A stretch of 64,000 bases of DNA from Candidatus Obscuribacterales bacterium (GTDB lineage: Bacteria > Cyanobacteriota > Vampirovibrionia > Obscuribacterales > Obscuribacteraceae). A program made the translations under genes and the position numbers. How positions within the stretch are numbered: position 1 is the first letter of the stretch; each line of letters begins with the position of its first letter. The stretch spans positions 1,888,001 to 1,952,000 of the forward strand of contig CBDDIJ010000003.1 in NCBI GenBank assembly GCA_965228855.1, written 5' to 3'. A model generated the notes under the pieces. It did not search any database. It was not told where the DNA came from and saw nothing but the letters and a program-made list of their open reading frames with translations. Of this stretch, positions 20,374-30,527 are shown piece after piece.

Positions 20374-21803
20374 TGCGAGTCACGCTCTTCAAAAAAGGTC
20401 TGCTTCTTCTTCTAATACCAGTAATGGTGCAGTTCACCGCGATCTTTATCCTCGCAAGTAAATATGAGCAGGTGGTTCATGACCTCAAATATCAGTTAGC
20501 CGTTATAAACATAGGTAAGACATTCGCTGAAGCCGGCGAGATTACCATGCAAATGTCGGAGTATTTGCTGAAGGAGTCAAAAGATCCCAACATGCAAAGC
20601 TACGGTCCGGCGCTGGAGTCCTATGGAAGGCTCTCCGGCAAACTTGACGAGATGTGCAGCACGACCAGCGAATTCGAGGACATCGACAATTGCGCAAAAA
20701 AATTGGGTGAAATCACAAGGGAGCACATGGCGCGCTTCGGTGACAATATCATTGACTTTGGTGCCAAATCCAATGATTCATGGTACGTGAATACGCTGAA
20801 CAGTTTGTACAGCGAAATGGCACCTTATAAGAAATGGCTTTACGAGCGCCCCGCGAGCACGGCGCTGTCACAGTTCAACAGCTCCACAATTACGAATACC
20901 ATTCTAGTTTTAATAGCCGCAAATATCGCCACGTCCTTTTTACTCTGGTGGGTAATAAACGTTAGCATCGTCAGACAGGTTAATCACCTGAAAGAAAACT
21001 TCGAGAGACTGGCTCACAATGAGCCTCTGCTGAAACCGCTCGAAGGCTCCGACGAGGTAGCGGATTTCGATAGAGCCTTTCATGAGATAGGCAGCCGAGT
21101 CGAACGACTGAGAAAGGAACGGACGGAATATCTGGAGATCATGAACTCTACCATGCGAGAACCGCTCCAGAGGCTCCAGGGGACGTTGGAGTTGATTCAA
21201 GAACGCCCCGGCGAATCACTTTCGGAACGAGGTCGGTTGAAACTTGAAGCTTCTTCTCGCACAATAAACAGACTGATTACGATGTTGAACGAGCTCATAG
21301 ACTTCGAGCAAATCGACCAGGGGACTTTCAAGCTAAATGTACGCCAGGCGCCGGCAGCCAAGATAATCTCCGATGCCTTCGAATGCATTTTCGACAGAGC
21401 TTCTGGTGCCGGCATTACGATTAAGCAATCGGAAACGGAGCTGGTTGTCGATGCCGATCCTGATCGCCTTGTTCAGGTAATTGTAAATCTCTTAACCAAC
21501 GCGATAAAGTTTTCACCGCGTGGCACAACAGTCACCGTCGGCATCTACGAACTGGGACCGGACTTCGTTTTCTACGTGCAAGATCAAGGTCCGGGAATTC
21601 CAGTCGAGATGCAATCAAAGGTTTTTGAAAAGTTCGAACAAGTCGATCAGCAGCGAGATAGCATTTCAAAGAAAGGAACCGGTCTGGGACTGGCCATCTG
21701 CAAAACCATTGTGGAAGCACACGGTGGACGCATCTGGGTAGAGAGCACTCCAGGTGATGGCGCCACCTTTAAGTTTTCAATTCCAGTGGCTGCTGATACT
21801 TAA
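20370..21803 (+). CDS. Membrane sensor histidine kinase-like protein: intact HATPase_c, phospho-acceptor His missing
   Basis: Two TM segments and HAMP; N box QVIVNLLTNAIKF, G1 VQDQGPGI, F box, G2 GTGLGLAI; H-box reads MNSTMREPL (His to Ser); start overlaps the upstream stop (TGATG). Confidence 0.88.
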   Translation: MMRVTLFKKGLLLLLIPVMVQFTAIFILASKYEQVVHDLKYQLAVINIGKTFAEAGEITMQMSEYLLKESKDPNMQSYGPALESYGRLSGKLDEMCSTTSEFEDIDNCAKKLGEITREHMARFGDNIIDFGAKSNDSWYVNTLNSLYSEMAPYKKWLYERPASTALSQFNSSTITNTILVLIAANIATSFLLWWVINVSIVRQVNHLKENFERLAHNEPLLKPLEGSDEVADFDRAFHEIGSRVERLRKERTEYLEIMNSTMREPLQRLQGTLELIQERPGESLSERGRLKLEASSRTINRLITMLNELIDFEQIDQGTFKLNVRQAPAAKIISDAFECIFDRASGAGITIKQSETELVVDADPDRLVQVIVNLLTNAIKFSPRGTTVTVGIYELGPDFVFYVQDQGPGIPVEMQSKVFEKFEQVDQQRDSISKKGTGLGLAICKTIVEAHGGRIWVESTPGDGATFKFSIPVAADT

Positions 21804-22656
21804 TACGGTGCTCCGCGGCAAGGGTCTTTTCATAATCGGTTAAACCGCCCTCTGCCAACGGGTGTTGAAACGCTGTCTCAAAGCCAGCTTTCATCGACTC
21901 CTGAAGACGTTCGATGGTGACCTTTTCACGCAGAATTTCGTACAGGTTTGCGTGCCGTTGATTCATGTTTTCCTCAGATTCACCCAGGGACGAATCCGTT
22001 CGCTCGGCATCAACGGAGAACTTCGTAGCGTCCGAAACTTCACCCCCGTCGGCAAATTTACTCGCCGAATCCCTGAGCAAAGTCCGCATCAAATCCTGCG
22101 GTTGGTCAAGCAGTATCGAGCCATGCTGAAGGACGGCTGTCTTACGTCTGAGTTGAGCGCTTCCGATCATCTTCTTTCCTTGATAGTGCAAATCGGCAGA
22201 TGTCGTAGCCAGAAAGCAATCGTGCGCGTTCCTATATTCTGCAGATGATGCTCCCAGACTCAGCTCCAATCCTAGCTCTTGGAAAGCCTGTATGAGCCCC
22301 TCACAAATTTGTTTGTAAGCCTTCACGACGCTCTCACTGAGAAATGCGTCTTCGTCGCTACCACCACTGGTGGCGGACCCGATGAACGAGTACGTCAACT
22401 CGTGCGAATGGAGAACAGCCCGTCCACCGGTCGCCCGACGAACGATGTCGAATCCGTGTGAGCGAATCCGTTCCTCAACCGGCGCTGACAGTTTTTGTCC
22501 ATAACCGATTGATACCGCGGGTGGTTTCCACCCGTAAAGTCTCAGCGTCGCTGGCGACTGTCCGGCGAGATGCGCGTCCAGTATGGCTTCGTCAATTGCC
22601 ATGTTATCCGCGGCATTGTGCACTGAGTATGGTATCAAGCGCCACGATTTTGACAT
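21769..22656 (-). CDS. Lipoate-protein ligase A / octanoyltransferase LipM family
   Basis: NMAIDEAIL, TLRLYGW, VRRATGGRAVLH, KKMIGSAQ, LQHGSI. Confidence 0.9.
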   Translation of the reverse strand: MSKSWRLIPYSVHNAADNMAIDEAILDAHLAGQSPATLRLYGWKPPAVSIGYGQKLSAPVEERIRSHGFDIVRRATGGRAVLHSHELTYSFIGSATSGGSDEDAFLSESVVKAYKQICEGLIQAFQELGLELSLGASSAEYRNAHDCFLATTSADLHYQGKKMIGSAQLRRKTAVLQHGSILLDQPQDLMRTLLRDSASKFADGGEVSDATKFSVDAERTDSSLGESEENMNQRHANLYEILREKVTIERLQESMKAGFETAFQHPLAEGGLTDYEKTLAAEHRIKYQQPLELKT

Positions 22657-23972
22657 TACGAAACGCTTGCCTTTACCAGAGGAGACTCGGGGACTTGCTT
22701 TGAGCTGAAGCGATAGGCGCTCAGCAGTTTTTCCTTAACCGAGTTGAATTGCTCTTCTGAAACCGCATAGACGGTTGCAAGTGAGTCGCCGCTTTTAACT
22801 TCTGTGCCGACCTTGGCTTTGAGAACGACGCCTACGCTCAAATCGATCGGATCACCTTTTCTGACTCGACCGGCGCCCATCAGTTTCAAGCCCTCGGCAA
22901 TCTGCCGTCCATCAAGATGCTCGACCCACTTCGAGCCGCCGCCGTTTGACTCGGCTTTCAGTTCGAATTCATGCTCAGCCGTCGGCATGATCGAGTAGTC
23001 ATCGACGACTTTTGCATCGCCACCCTGGGCGGTGACTAATTTTTTGAAATACTCCAGCGCGACTCCATCGTCGATCAACTTCTGCAGTTTCGCACGGGCG
23101 GACTTCTCATCCTTTTCCTTACCGGCAGAAACCAACGCCATTGCACCGAGCGACAGACAAAGTTCCTGCAGATCCTTCGGTCCTCTTCCTTTTAGTGTTT
23201 CAATCGCCTCGATTACCTCAACGGTGTGACCGACAGCATTCCCGAGAGGCTGCTCCATATCGGTGACCACGGCAGTGACCGGACGTCCGAGCGCCTTACC
23301 GACAGCGACCATGGTAGTCGCGAGTTCCTTCGCTTTTTCGACGGTGTCCATGAAAGCGCCTTTGCCAGCCTTGACGTCGAGGATAATCAGGTTGGCTCCG
23401 GCTGCCAGCTTCTTGGACATAATCGACGCGGCAATTAATGGAATTGACTCGACCGTTCCTGTCACGTCGCGCAGTGCGTAAATCTTCCCGTCTGCTGGAG
23501 CCAATTCAGCGGTTTGACCACCGATTGCCATAGACACTTCTTTGACTTGTTTTATAAATTCATCTTTTCCGAGACTGGTTTGAAATCCGGGTATAGCCTC
23601 GAGCTTATCGATTGTGCCACCAGTGTGACCGAGACCGCGGCCGGAAAGTTTCGCCATCGGTATTCCTGCCGCGGCCAAGAGCGGAACGAAAACGAGCGTG
23701 GTCTTATCTCCCACACCGCCCGTGCTGTGCTTGTCTCCTATCAAATCCGCGACCGAAGATAGGTCGAGCACATCGCCAGATTTACACATACCATCGGTGA
23801 GCCAGGCCGTCTCTTTATCCGTCAAGCCGCGCCAGCAGACAGCCATAAGCCAGGAGCTCAGTTGATAGTCGGGAATCGATCCCTGCATGATTCCATCAAT
23901 AATGAAATCGATCTCTTCCTTTGAATGCTCTTTACCGGCGCGTTTCGCCAGTATCACGTCAACCATTCTCAC
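22656..23972 (-). CDS. pdp: Pyrimidine-nucleoside (thymidine) phosphorylase
   Basis: DKHSTGGVGDK, KLSGRGLGHTGGTIDKLE, YALRDVTGTV, SIMSKKLA. Confidence 0.95.
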   Translation of the reverse strand: MRMVDVILAKRAGKEHSKEEIDFIIDGIMQGSIPDYQLSSWLMAVCWRGLTDKETAWLTDGMCKSGDVLDLSSVADLIGDKHSTGGVGDKTTLVFVPLLAAAGIPMAKLSGRGLGHTGGTIDKLEAIPGFQTSLGKDEFIKQVKEVSMAIGGQTAELAPADGKIYALRDVTGTVESIPLIAASIMSKKLAAGANLIILDVKAGKGAFMDTVEKAKELATTMVAVGKALGRPVTAVVTDMEQPLGNAVGHTVEVIEAIETLKGRGPKDLQELCLSLGAMALVSAGKEKDEKSARAKLQKLIDDGVALEYFKKLVTAQGGDAKVVDDYSIMPTAEHEFELKAESNGGGSKWVEHLDGRQIAEGLKLMGAGRVRKGDPIDLSVGVVLKAKVGTEVKSGDSLATVYAVSEEQFNSVKEKLLSAYRFSSKQVPESPLVKASVS

Positions 23973-24159
23973 GGGTGTACTCTCCTGTCAAATGCTAAAA
24001 CAGCAATCACTCATCCGCTGCACCGGTCTATCCACGGGCAGGGAGGCAAAAAATTTTCGGAAAATTTTCCACAAAGACAGTTTAAACTCTTGACTACTAC
24101 GATTAGACGTGAATAATAGTTTGTAGGGAGCGAGACCACGTTTATATATACTAAAAGGT

Positions 24160-25041
24160 TTGGTTCTCCTCCCATTTTTTTCGCCTATTCTTAAAACATT
24201 GAACAGCTCAGATTCCAAAGAAGGTCGGACCCAGCTGGATTTGCCACGGGTCGGACAGATCAATTTCAGTAATTGCCTTCCAATCAATTTGCCGATAGAG
24301 CTCGGAAGAGTCTCTCTGGACGCCACAATAGTGAATGGCACTCCGGCTGAGTTGAATAATATGATTGCCGCGGGTGACCTCGAGATCACGTCAGGAAGCT
24401 CATTTCTCTACCTCAGCCGCGACGATCTCGATTTGGTTCCGGACCTCTCGATATCCTGTTATGGACCGGTTGGAAGTGTTTTATTCTTTTCAAAATGTAA
24501 ACCGGAAGAGCTGGATGGTGCTGTCATAGCCGTTCCCAAGACATCGGCCACTTCCATCCGTTTAACCCAATTGATGTTGGATCTAGAGTACGGCGCGAAG
24601 CCGGAAGTCGTGGTGATGGATAAACCGGCAACTACCGATGCCAATGACAAGAGACATCAAGGGGCTCTCATAATCGGCGACGCAGCTTTGAAAGTCGACG
24701 ACGAGTGGTCGTCACAAAATCATCGCATCGATCTTGGAGAATGGTGGACGAAACGATTTAAACTTCCGATGGTATTTGGAGTATTTGTTGCACGGCAGAA
24801 ATTTGCAGAACATTTTCCGGATAGTTATCGTCATGTCAGTGAGAGCCTCCGATGCGCCAGAGAAATTGGCGAGTCTGAATTGCTCGAACAAGTCATCGAA
24901 AGAGCGGTTACCATGACCGGGCTCTCGCGGACACGGATGGAAACTTACTTCATCGACAATCTAAATTGGAATCTGGACGCAAAACACCGTGAGAGCCTGG
25001 ACCTGTTTGCGCGACTTCTTAAACAACATAATCTGCTATAA
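24160..25041 (+). CDS. mqnA: Chorismate dehydratase (futalosine pathway of menaquinone synthesis); true start may be slightly downstream
   Basis: RVGQINFSNCLP, GPVGSVL, SATSIRL, LIIGDAAL, DLGEWW...LPMVFGVF. Confidence 0.85.
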   Translation: MVLLPFFSPILKTLNSSDSKEGRTQLDLPRVGQINFSNCLPINLPIELGRVSLDATIVNGTPAELNNMIAAGDLEITSGSSFLYLSRDDLDLVPDLSISCYGPVGSVLFFSKCKPEELDGAVIAVPKTSATSIRLTQLMLDLEYGAKPEVVVMDKPATTDANDKRHQGALIIGDAALKVDDEWSSQNHRIDLGEWWTKRFKLPMVFGVFVARQKFAEHFPDSYRHVSESLRCAREIGESELLEQVIERAVTMTGLSRTRMETYFIDNLNWNLDAKHRESLDLFARLLKQHNLL

Positions 25042-25066
25042 CTGCTCAATCCGAGCATCAATCAAA

Positions 25067-27373
25067 ATGAAATCTTGGCTGGAAAAACTAATAGTGATTG
25101 CCGCCGTGCTGACGCCTGGTGCTGGCTGGGCGGCGAACAGCAAGCCGGCGGATAAGCCGACTGCCAATAAAGAGGAAGTGATTCGCGTGCTGGTCGAAGC
25201 AGGCGATCGTTTTTCCGAGGGCGAATATGATTCTGCAGCAGCGTTGTATAAGCGACTGACTGCGATCGCCCCGACCAACAGAGAGGGCTTCCTTGGGCTT
25301 GGCAGGATTTCCCTTTTGCGCGGCAACAACAAAGAGGCGCTCAGTTACTTCAAGGAATCGGTCAGATTGTCTCCACAATCAGCACCCGCGCATTTCGAAC
25401 TGGGCTCGACTTATCTTAACCTCGGAAATCTGAACGATGCTCTTAAGGAACTGACACTAGCCCACGATCTAGACCCTAGCCGTCCAGAAATTCAATATAG
25501 ACTCTCACAGGCGCGTTCGCTCATAGAGTCATCGCGTCTTATGCCCGGCCAATCTTCGATAAAGTGGCCGATGAGGCGAAATTCGCCGCCCGGCGGGGCT
25601 CCAACGGTTCAAACGCCAGTGGTTGAAAAGGCAACAGGCGGATCGTCACAAAACGCGTCGCCATCGAGCGAAACGCCACCGGGCGCGACACCACCAGTCG
25701 CATCGGTTCCACCCGGGGCGAACGTCCCGGCTGAAACAGGCACGAAGAAGCCCGACTCGCAAACCGGCATTGGACCAATTATGCCGGTTAATATAGATCA
25801 AGTTTCAGAAGTCAGCCTTGTTTATCGCCTTATAACCAGCGGTAGAGTTGATGAAACAATCGCTCAGGGTCTGGCGGCGCTGAAGAAGCAACCAGACAAT
25901 GCCAGCCTGCGTTATCAGCTGGGATTGATGTACAAAGTCACAGGTGACATCGACAAAGCAATCGAGACTTTCGAAGAATCATTAAAGTATGAGCCGGACC
26001 ATACCCAATCGCTCGCACAGCTAACAGCGCTCTTCATCTCTCGCCATGATATGGAGAAAGCTAAGGACGCCGCAACCAGATGGGTAGAGGCAGACCCGGA
26101 CAATCCAAATGCGCAATTCAGCCTGGGATGGGTGTATATCGTCGAGCGAAATTTCACTGACGCACTGCCTCACTTAAAAACAGCAGCACAGCTTGATCCG
26201 CGCAACACAGATCTTTTAAACCATCTGGGTCTTGTCTTGAGAGAGATGGGAAACGATCGAGAGGCTGCCACATATTTTGAACGAGCAATCGCACTCACCC
26301 CGACTAGTCCGGCTCCCAGACTGAATATGGCGATGATTCGCTTATACGACCAGCGCAATGACGAGGCACGCGCGCTCATCGAGCCTCTTCTGGAAGCCAC
26401 CACAGTGACACCACAGATTCGTTCCGTCGAGGCGCTGATCGACGCTCGGGTAGGGCATCTTGATGAAGCCGAACAGAAAGCGACTGAAGCCTTGAAGACT
26501 TCACCTGCAAACCCAATAGCGTCACTGGCGATCGCACTGGTATCGATGGAGAACGGCAAGCTAGATGAAGCGGAAACTATCCTTCAAGCTTCTCTCACGG
26601 CTCATCCAAAAAATGCGCTCGTGATGCACGGTCTTGCTGAGCTTTATTTAGCAGAGGGAAAAATTGATAAGGCGGTGGACTTAGCGAAGAAGGCGCACGA
26701 AAAATCGCCCGCAAAATACCTGATTGCAAAGACATTAGCGCTGGCTCTTGCTCGCTCGAATAATACGGTGGTCGCGCTTGATACGCTTAAACAGATGCGT
26801 GACCTCGCAGACGATCCTGACAAATTATTTTTGCTTGAAGCAGACATTCTGGAAGTGGCCAGCGACCGCGAAAGCGCTCTTCAACACTATCTTGAGGGTC
26901 TGGCTAAATCTCCGGACAACAATGAGTTGGCGTTGCGAGTAGCGCATCTCTATTTCATCGACCGCAAATTCAAGAACGCGCAGACTATGGTCGAAGGAAT
27001 TTTGAGCCGCACTCCGGACAACTATCAAGCCAGGCTGCTCTATGCTTCGATACTGTACGAGCTCAAAGACTACAAAGGTAGTTTGAAACAAGCACAACAG
27101 ATTCCTAACGACGACGATTTGACCTACGAGACCAACTGCGTTTCGGCAAGAAGCAGTTTCAGACTGAAACGATACGATGAAGCCGCTCAGCTGTTTAAAT
27201 CGGCGAGAAACAAACAGCAACTAACCAGAGACGACCTCCTGATGCTGGCGCGAGCGCTGCGGGAGAGCGGCAAAGCTGACGAAGCCAACGAGATTCTGGC
27301 ACAGGTCAAACAAGGGAAGTTTCAAGCTAGAGAATTGAAAGCGGAAATACGCCGCCTGGGGCGAGCCCAGTGA
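25067..27373 (+). CDS. Exported multi-TPR protein
   Basis: Probable start ATG 25067 with signal peptide; many TPR units (e.g. LRYQLGLMYKVTGDIDKAIETFEESLKYEPD); Pro-rich linker. Confidence 0.85.
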   Translation: MKSWLEKLIVIAAVLTPGAGWAANSKPADKPTANKEEVIRVLVEAGDRFSEGEYDSAAALYKRLTAIAPTNREGFLGLGRISLLRGNNKEALSYFKESVRLSPQSAPAHFELGSTYLNLGNLNDALKELTLAHDLDPSRPEIQYRLSQARSLIESSRLMPGQSSIKWPMRRNSPPGGAPTVQTPVVEKATGGSSQNASPSSETPPGATPPVASVPPGANVPAETGTKKPDSQTGIGPIMPVNIDQVSEVSLVYRLITSGRVDETIAQGLAALKKQPDNASLRYQLGLMYKVTGDIDKAIETFEESLKYEPDHTQSLAQLTALFISRHDMEKAKDAATRWVEADPDNPNAQFSLGWVYIVERNFTDALPHLKTAAQLDPRNTDLLNHLGLVLREMGNDREAATYFERAIALTPTSPAPRLNMAMIRLYDQRNDEARALIEPLLEATTVTPQIRSVEALIDARVGHLDEAEQKATEALKTSPANPIASLAIALVSMENGKLDEAETILQASLTAHPKNALVMHGLAELYLAEGKIDKAVDLAKKAHEKSPAKYLIAKTLALALARSNNTVVALDTLKQMRDLADDPDKLFLLEADILEVASDRESALQHYLEGLAKSPDNNELALRVAHLYFIDRKFKNAQTMVEGILSRTPDNYQARLLYASILYELKDYKGSLKQAQQIPNDDDLTYETNCVSARSSFRLKRYDEAAQLFKSARNKQQLTRDDLLMLARALRESGKADEANEILAQVKQGKFQARELKAEIRRLGRAQ

Positions 27374-27461
27374 GCAGACGCCAGCATTAATCCTGCGTGC
27401 TTATTAAATTAACTGTTGTTATACTGATACAGGATTTTCTTACTAAGCGTTTCTATCTCAA

Positions 27462-28649
27462 ATGAACTCAGCCAGCGGTCGAAAGAAAAACGAATTTCCT
27501 TACGTCCTGCGTGATCGTTGGGAAGTTGTACACAGGCTGGGTCAGGGCGGTATGGGCACCGTCTACATGGCACGAGACTTGAACCTGTCGACGCTAAGCG
27601 AGAAGAAAAAGGCGGCCGTCGTCAAAGAGTTACGCGATGACTTCATCCGCGGCGAGGATAAAGAGAAGGCAAAAGAGTTTTTCATGCGCGAAGTGCATGT
27701 ACTTGCCGACCTCGACCATCCTAATATCGTGCGCGTCCTTGACCAGTTCAGCGTCAGGGACCAACTCACCGGCGAAGAAAAGTATTACCTGGTCATGGAA
27801 TATGTGCAGGGACAAAACCTGCACGAGATGATCACCAAGAGACAAGAGCCCTTCGACGAAGAACTGGTTATCGATTGGGCAGTGCAGGTTTGCGATGTGC
27901 TCACCTATTTGCACACCCACAATCCACCGGTGATCTATCGAGACTTGAAGCCGAGCAACATCATGATTAATACCCACGATCAGGTAAAGCTCGTGGATTT
28001 CGGTATTGCGCGCCCGTTCGAGGATAGTGAGGACAACACCCATGTCGTCTCGCAGGGCTATTCACCACCTGAGCAGTACTGGGGTGCCGCCGATCCACGC
28101 TCTGATGTATACGCACTCGGTGCCACTATCCATTTCTTATTGACCGGTCAGGACCCGCTGGCGCTAACTGTTTCAACACCGCAATCGATAAATCCGGAAG
28201 TATCCGATCACATTAACGAGATTGTGAAACGCGCCACGCATCAAGATGCCGAAGGGCGCTATCAATGCGCAGCGGACATGAAGGATGCGCTTCGATACCG
28301 CCCGGTCATCGAACAACCGGAGAAAGCGAAGACACTGTATGTGGTGCTGGCTTCAATAGCAGTAATAGGATTTTTTCTTGGTGGTCTGGTGATACTTGGA
28401 AAGTTGCAAGATCAGCAAGAGACGTCCACCAAAGAGGTTCGAACACTCGAAGAACAAAGATTAGAAGCAAAAGCCAAAGAGTTGAGCGAGCAAGAAGAAA
28501 AATTGAAGAACTTCAAAAGACTATTGCGTCAGGAGATGGAAAACGCGCAAAAGACCGGTCCTTCAACTGCACTGACGCCCCCTGCGCCGGGCGCCGCCTG
28601 GGAATTGACGGAAGAATCCATTTTGACCGACCCTGAAGGTCTCAAGTAG
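27462..28649 (+). CDS. Hanks-type Ser/Thr protein kinase with TM helix and coiled-coil C-terminus
   Basis: LGQGGMGTVY, VVKE, YRDLKPSN, DFG, GYSPPE, DVYALG; TM segment LYVVLASIAVIGFFLGGLVIL. Confidence 0.93.
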   Translation: MNSASGRKKNEFPYVLRDRWEVVHRLGQGGMGTVYMARDLNLSTLSEKKKAAVVKELRDDFIRGEDKEKAKEFFMREVHVLADLDHPNIVRVLDQFSVRDQLTGEEKYYLVMEYVQGQNLHEMITKRQEPFDEELVIDWAVQVCDVLTYLHTHNPPVIYRDLKPSNIMINTHDQVKLVDFGIARPFEDSEDNTHVVSQGYSPPEQYWGAADPRSDVYALGATIHFLLTGQDPLALTVSTPQSINPEVSDHINEIVKRATHQDAEGRYQCAADMKDALRYRPVIEQPEKAKTLYVVLASIAVIGFFLGGLVILGKLQDQQETSTKEVRTLEEQRLEAKAKELSEQEEKLKNFKRLLRQEMENAQKTGPSTALTPPAPGAAWELTEESILTDPEGLK

Positions 28650-28651
28650 GC

Positions 28652-29485
28652 TTAACCACCCCTGGTGGCAAGGTAAATGACGTAAGAGCCGAAGAGTACG
28701 CGGTAAACGACAAAGCCCCAGGTAGAGTGCTTCTGCAGGAAGCGAATCAGCCATGCAATAGAGGCCCAGCTGACAAGCCAGGAAACTAAAAGACCACAAG
28801 CCAGGTTTACGACGTCGCTTTGTTGAAAGCCAATCTCTATCAGTTCCTTCAACTCCAGCAAGCCGCTTAAAACAATGGCGGGTATGCCAAGGAGAAAACT
28901 GAATCGAGCAGCATCAGCCCGGTTCAAACCCAACAACATAGCGACGGTGAGAGTGGAACCGCTGCGAGAACATCCGGGAATCAGCGCTAGCGCCTGCCCT
29001 AGTCCAACCAGCAAGCCTTCTTTGATGCCCATCTCGTTGAGCACTTTCTTCTGACTGCCGAATTTTTCAGCAACCAGCAACATCAGCCCCATAATGATTG
29101 ATACTACACCGACCACCATCAACGAACGGATAGGACTGTCCGGACTTTCGAGAAGTTTTTTGATAGCCAATCCGATAACGCATATCGGAATGGTACCGAT
29201 GATGATGCCAGCGGCTATTTTAAAATCTACCGACTCGAAGTTCTTGTCTTTTACAGCCTTGATGGAACCGGTGGCAATTTCTACAAGCTGCTTGAAAAAG
29301 TAAGTTATGACAGCCAGCACCGACCCCAGTTGCAAAACGGCTGAATATGCGGCTCCCGGATCGTGCCAGCCTAGAGCAGCAGGCACGACTCGCAGGTGAG
29401 CGCTTGAACTTATTGGCAAAAACTCCGTGAGCCCCTGCACCGTGCCTAATACCACAGCTTCTAACAGACTTACTTCGTTTGCCAC
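28652..29485 (-). CDS. uppP: Undecaprenyl-diphosphate phosphatase
   Basis: VQGLTEFLPISSSAHL, LIPGCSRSGST, ARFSFLL. Confidence 0.95.
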   Translation of the reverse strand: MANEVSLLEAVVLGTVQGLTEFLPISSSAHLRVVPAALGWHDPGAAYSAVLQLGSVLAVITYFFKQLVEIATGSIKAVKDKNFESVDFKIAAGIIIGTIPICVIGLAIKKLLESPDSPIRSLMVVGVVSIIMGLMLLVAEKFGSQKKVLNEMGIKEGLLVGLGQALALIPGCSRSGSTLTVAMLLGLNRADAARFSFLLGIPAIVLSGLLELKELIEIGFQQSDVVNLACGLLVSWLVSWASIAWLIRFLQKHSTWGFVVYRVLFGSYVIYLATRGG

Positions 29486-29655
29486 TACCTACGGTTCCCT
29501 ATTCAATATGCCAGCATCACAGTGTGACCTGATTCACAGCGGAATGCAACAGTTTCAACGCGCGTTAAAATGCAATCGTTTTTAATCAAAACGAAGATAT
29601 CGATTCGATGTTCAGAAGCAGCATTTCGTTAATCGAAAAGGCGGGATGCCGACCG

Positions 29656-30474
29656 CTATTTTGTTTCTTCAGCATCCTCGACGACATAATCGCCTTCGGC
29701 AACAACACCGAATTCGTCCGAGGATTCGTTTAATTCCTGGTCGCCGAAAGAATCAGTCGCCGGCGTTTTCTTCACTTGTTTGATCCAGGAAGTCATACCT
29801 TCGCGACCAGCAGCGCCACCATGCTCTCGATCAAGCTCCGCGTCGCGCGGCTTGCCACCGATACGCACAAGAGCCTTATCGAGAATCGCTGACGATTCCT
29901 GAGATAGTGCAATAAATTCGAGAGCAAGAGTCGTTTTATTCGCGAGCCAATTGTGATCGACGCGCAATATTCGGGCTGTCAGAGTCACATCGCCTTCGCT
30001 GGTATGCAAAACCGCATTGATCTCTTTTCCGGATTCAACTTCCAGCTGATCGATACGCGTAGTCTCAATAGCTGAGCCCGATTTGCAAAGGTCGACGGTT
30101 CGAAACTCTTGCTTCTGGTGCCCATCAATATTCAGCGAAATCGTCACGGGCATCTCGACACTGACTCGCTGCGCGCGCCTTCTTTGAGACAATGGCTCGA
30201 GTTTCGGTGCGCTACAAACCAGGACGGTACGTCCCTTGGAGACTTGCGTTCCAAGCACATTGGCTGCCCACATGCCGTTGAAAGTTAGACGCGGCGAGTC
30301 GTTGACAAACCACACCCGCGTGCCTTTCGGCAAGATCTTGTTGGTTTCGCGACTTGTACGGACCTGTATAAGCAGCTGACTTCCGGTGCGATCAATAATC
30401 GTGGCGCGCCCAAATCCCATCTCTCCGGGACTCGTCTCCACCTTCACCTTCACGACCGTACCAGGCTGAAACAT
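29656..30474 (-). CDS. PilZ-domain (YcgR-like) c-di-GMP receptor protein
   Basis: QRRRAQR (RxxxR) followed by DLCKSG (variant of DxSxxG); N-terminal beta-barrel-like domain. Confidence 0.75.
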   Translation of the reverse strand: MFQPGTVVKVKVETSPGEMGFGRATIIDRTGSQLLIQVRTSRETNKILPKGTRVWFVNDSPRLTFNGMWAANVLGTQVSKGRTVLVCSAPKLEPLSQRRRAQRVSVEMPVTISLNIDGHQKQEFRTVDLCKSGSAIETTRIDQLEVESGKEINAVLHTSEGDVTLTARILRVDHNWLANKTTLALEFIALSQESSAILDKALVRIGGKPRDAELDREHGGAAGREGMTSWIKQVKKTPATDSFGDQELNESSDEFGVVAEGDYVVEDAEETK

Positions 30475-30527
30475 CGCTACATCCTTGCAATTAACGCTAC
30501 GCCGCGGCGTCAGACCATTATGTCACT

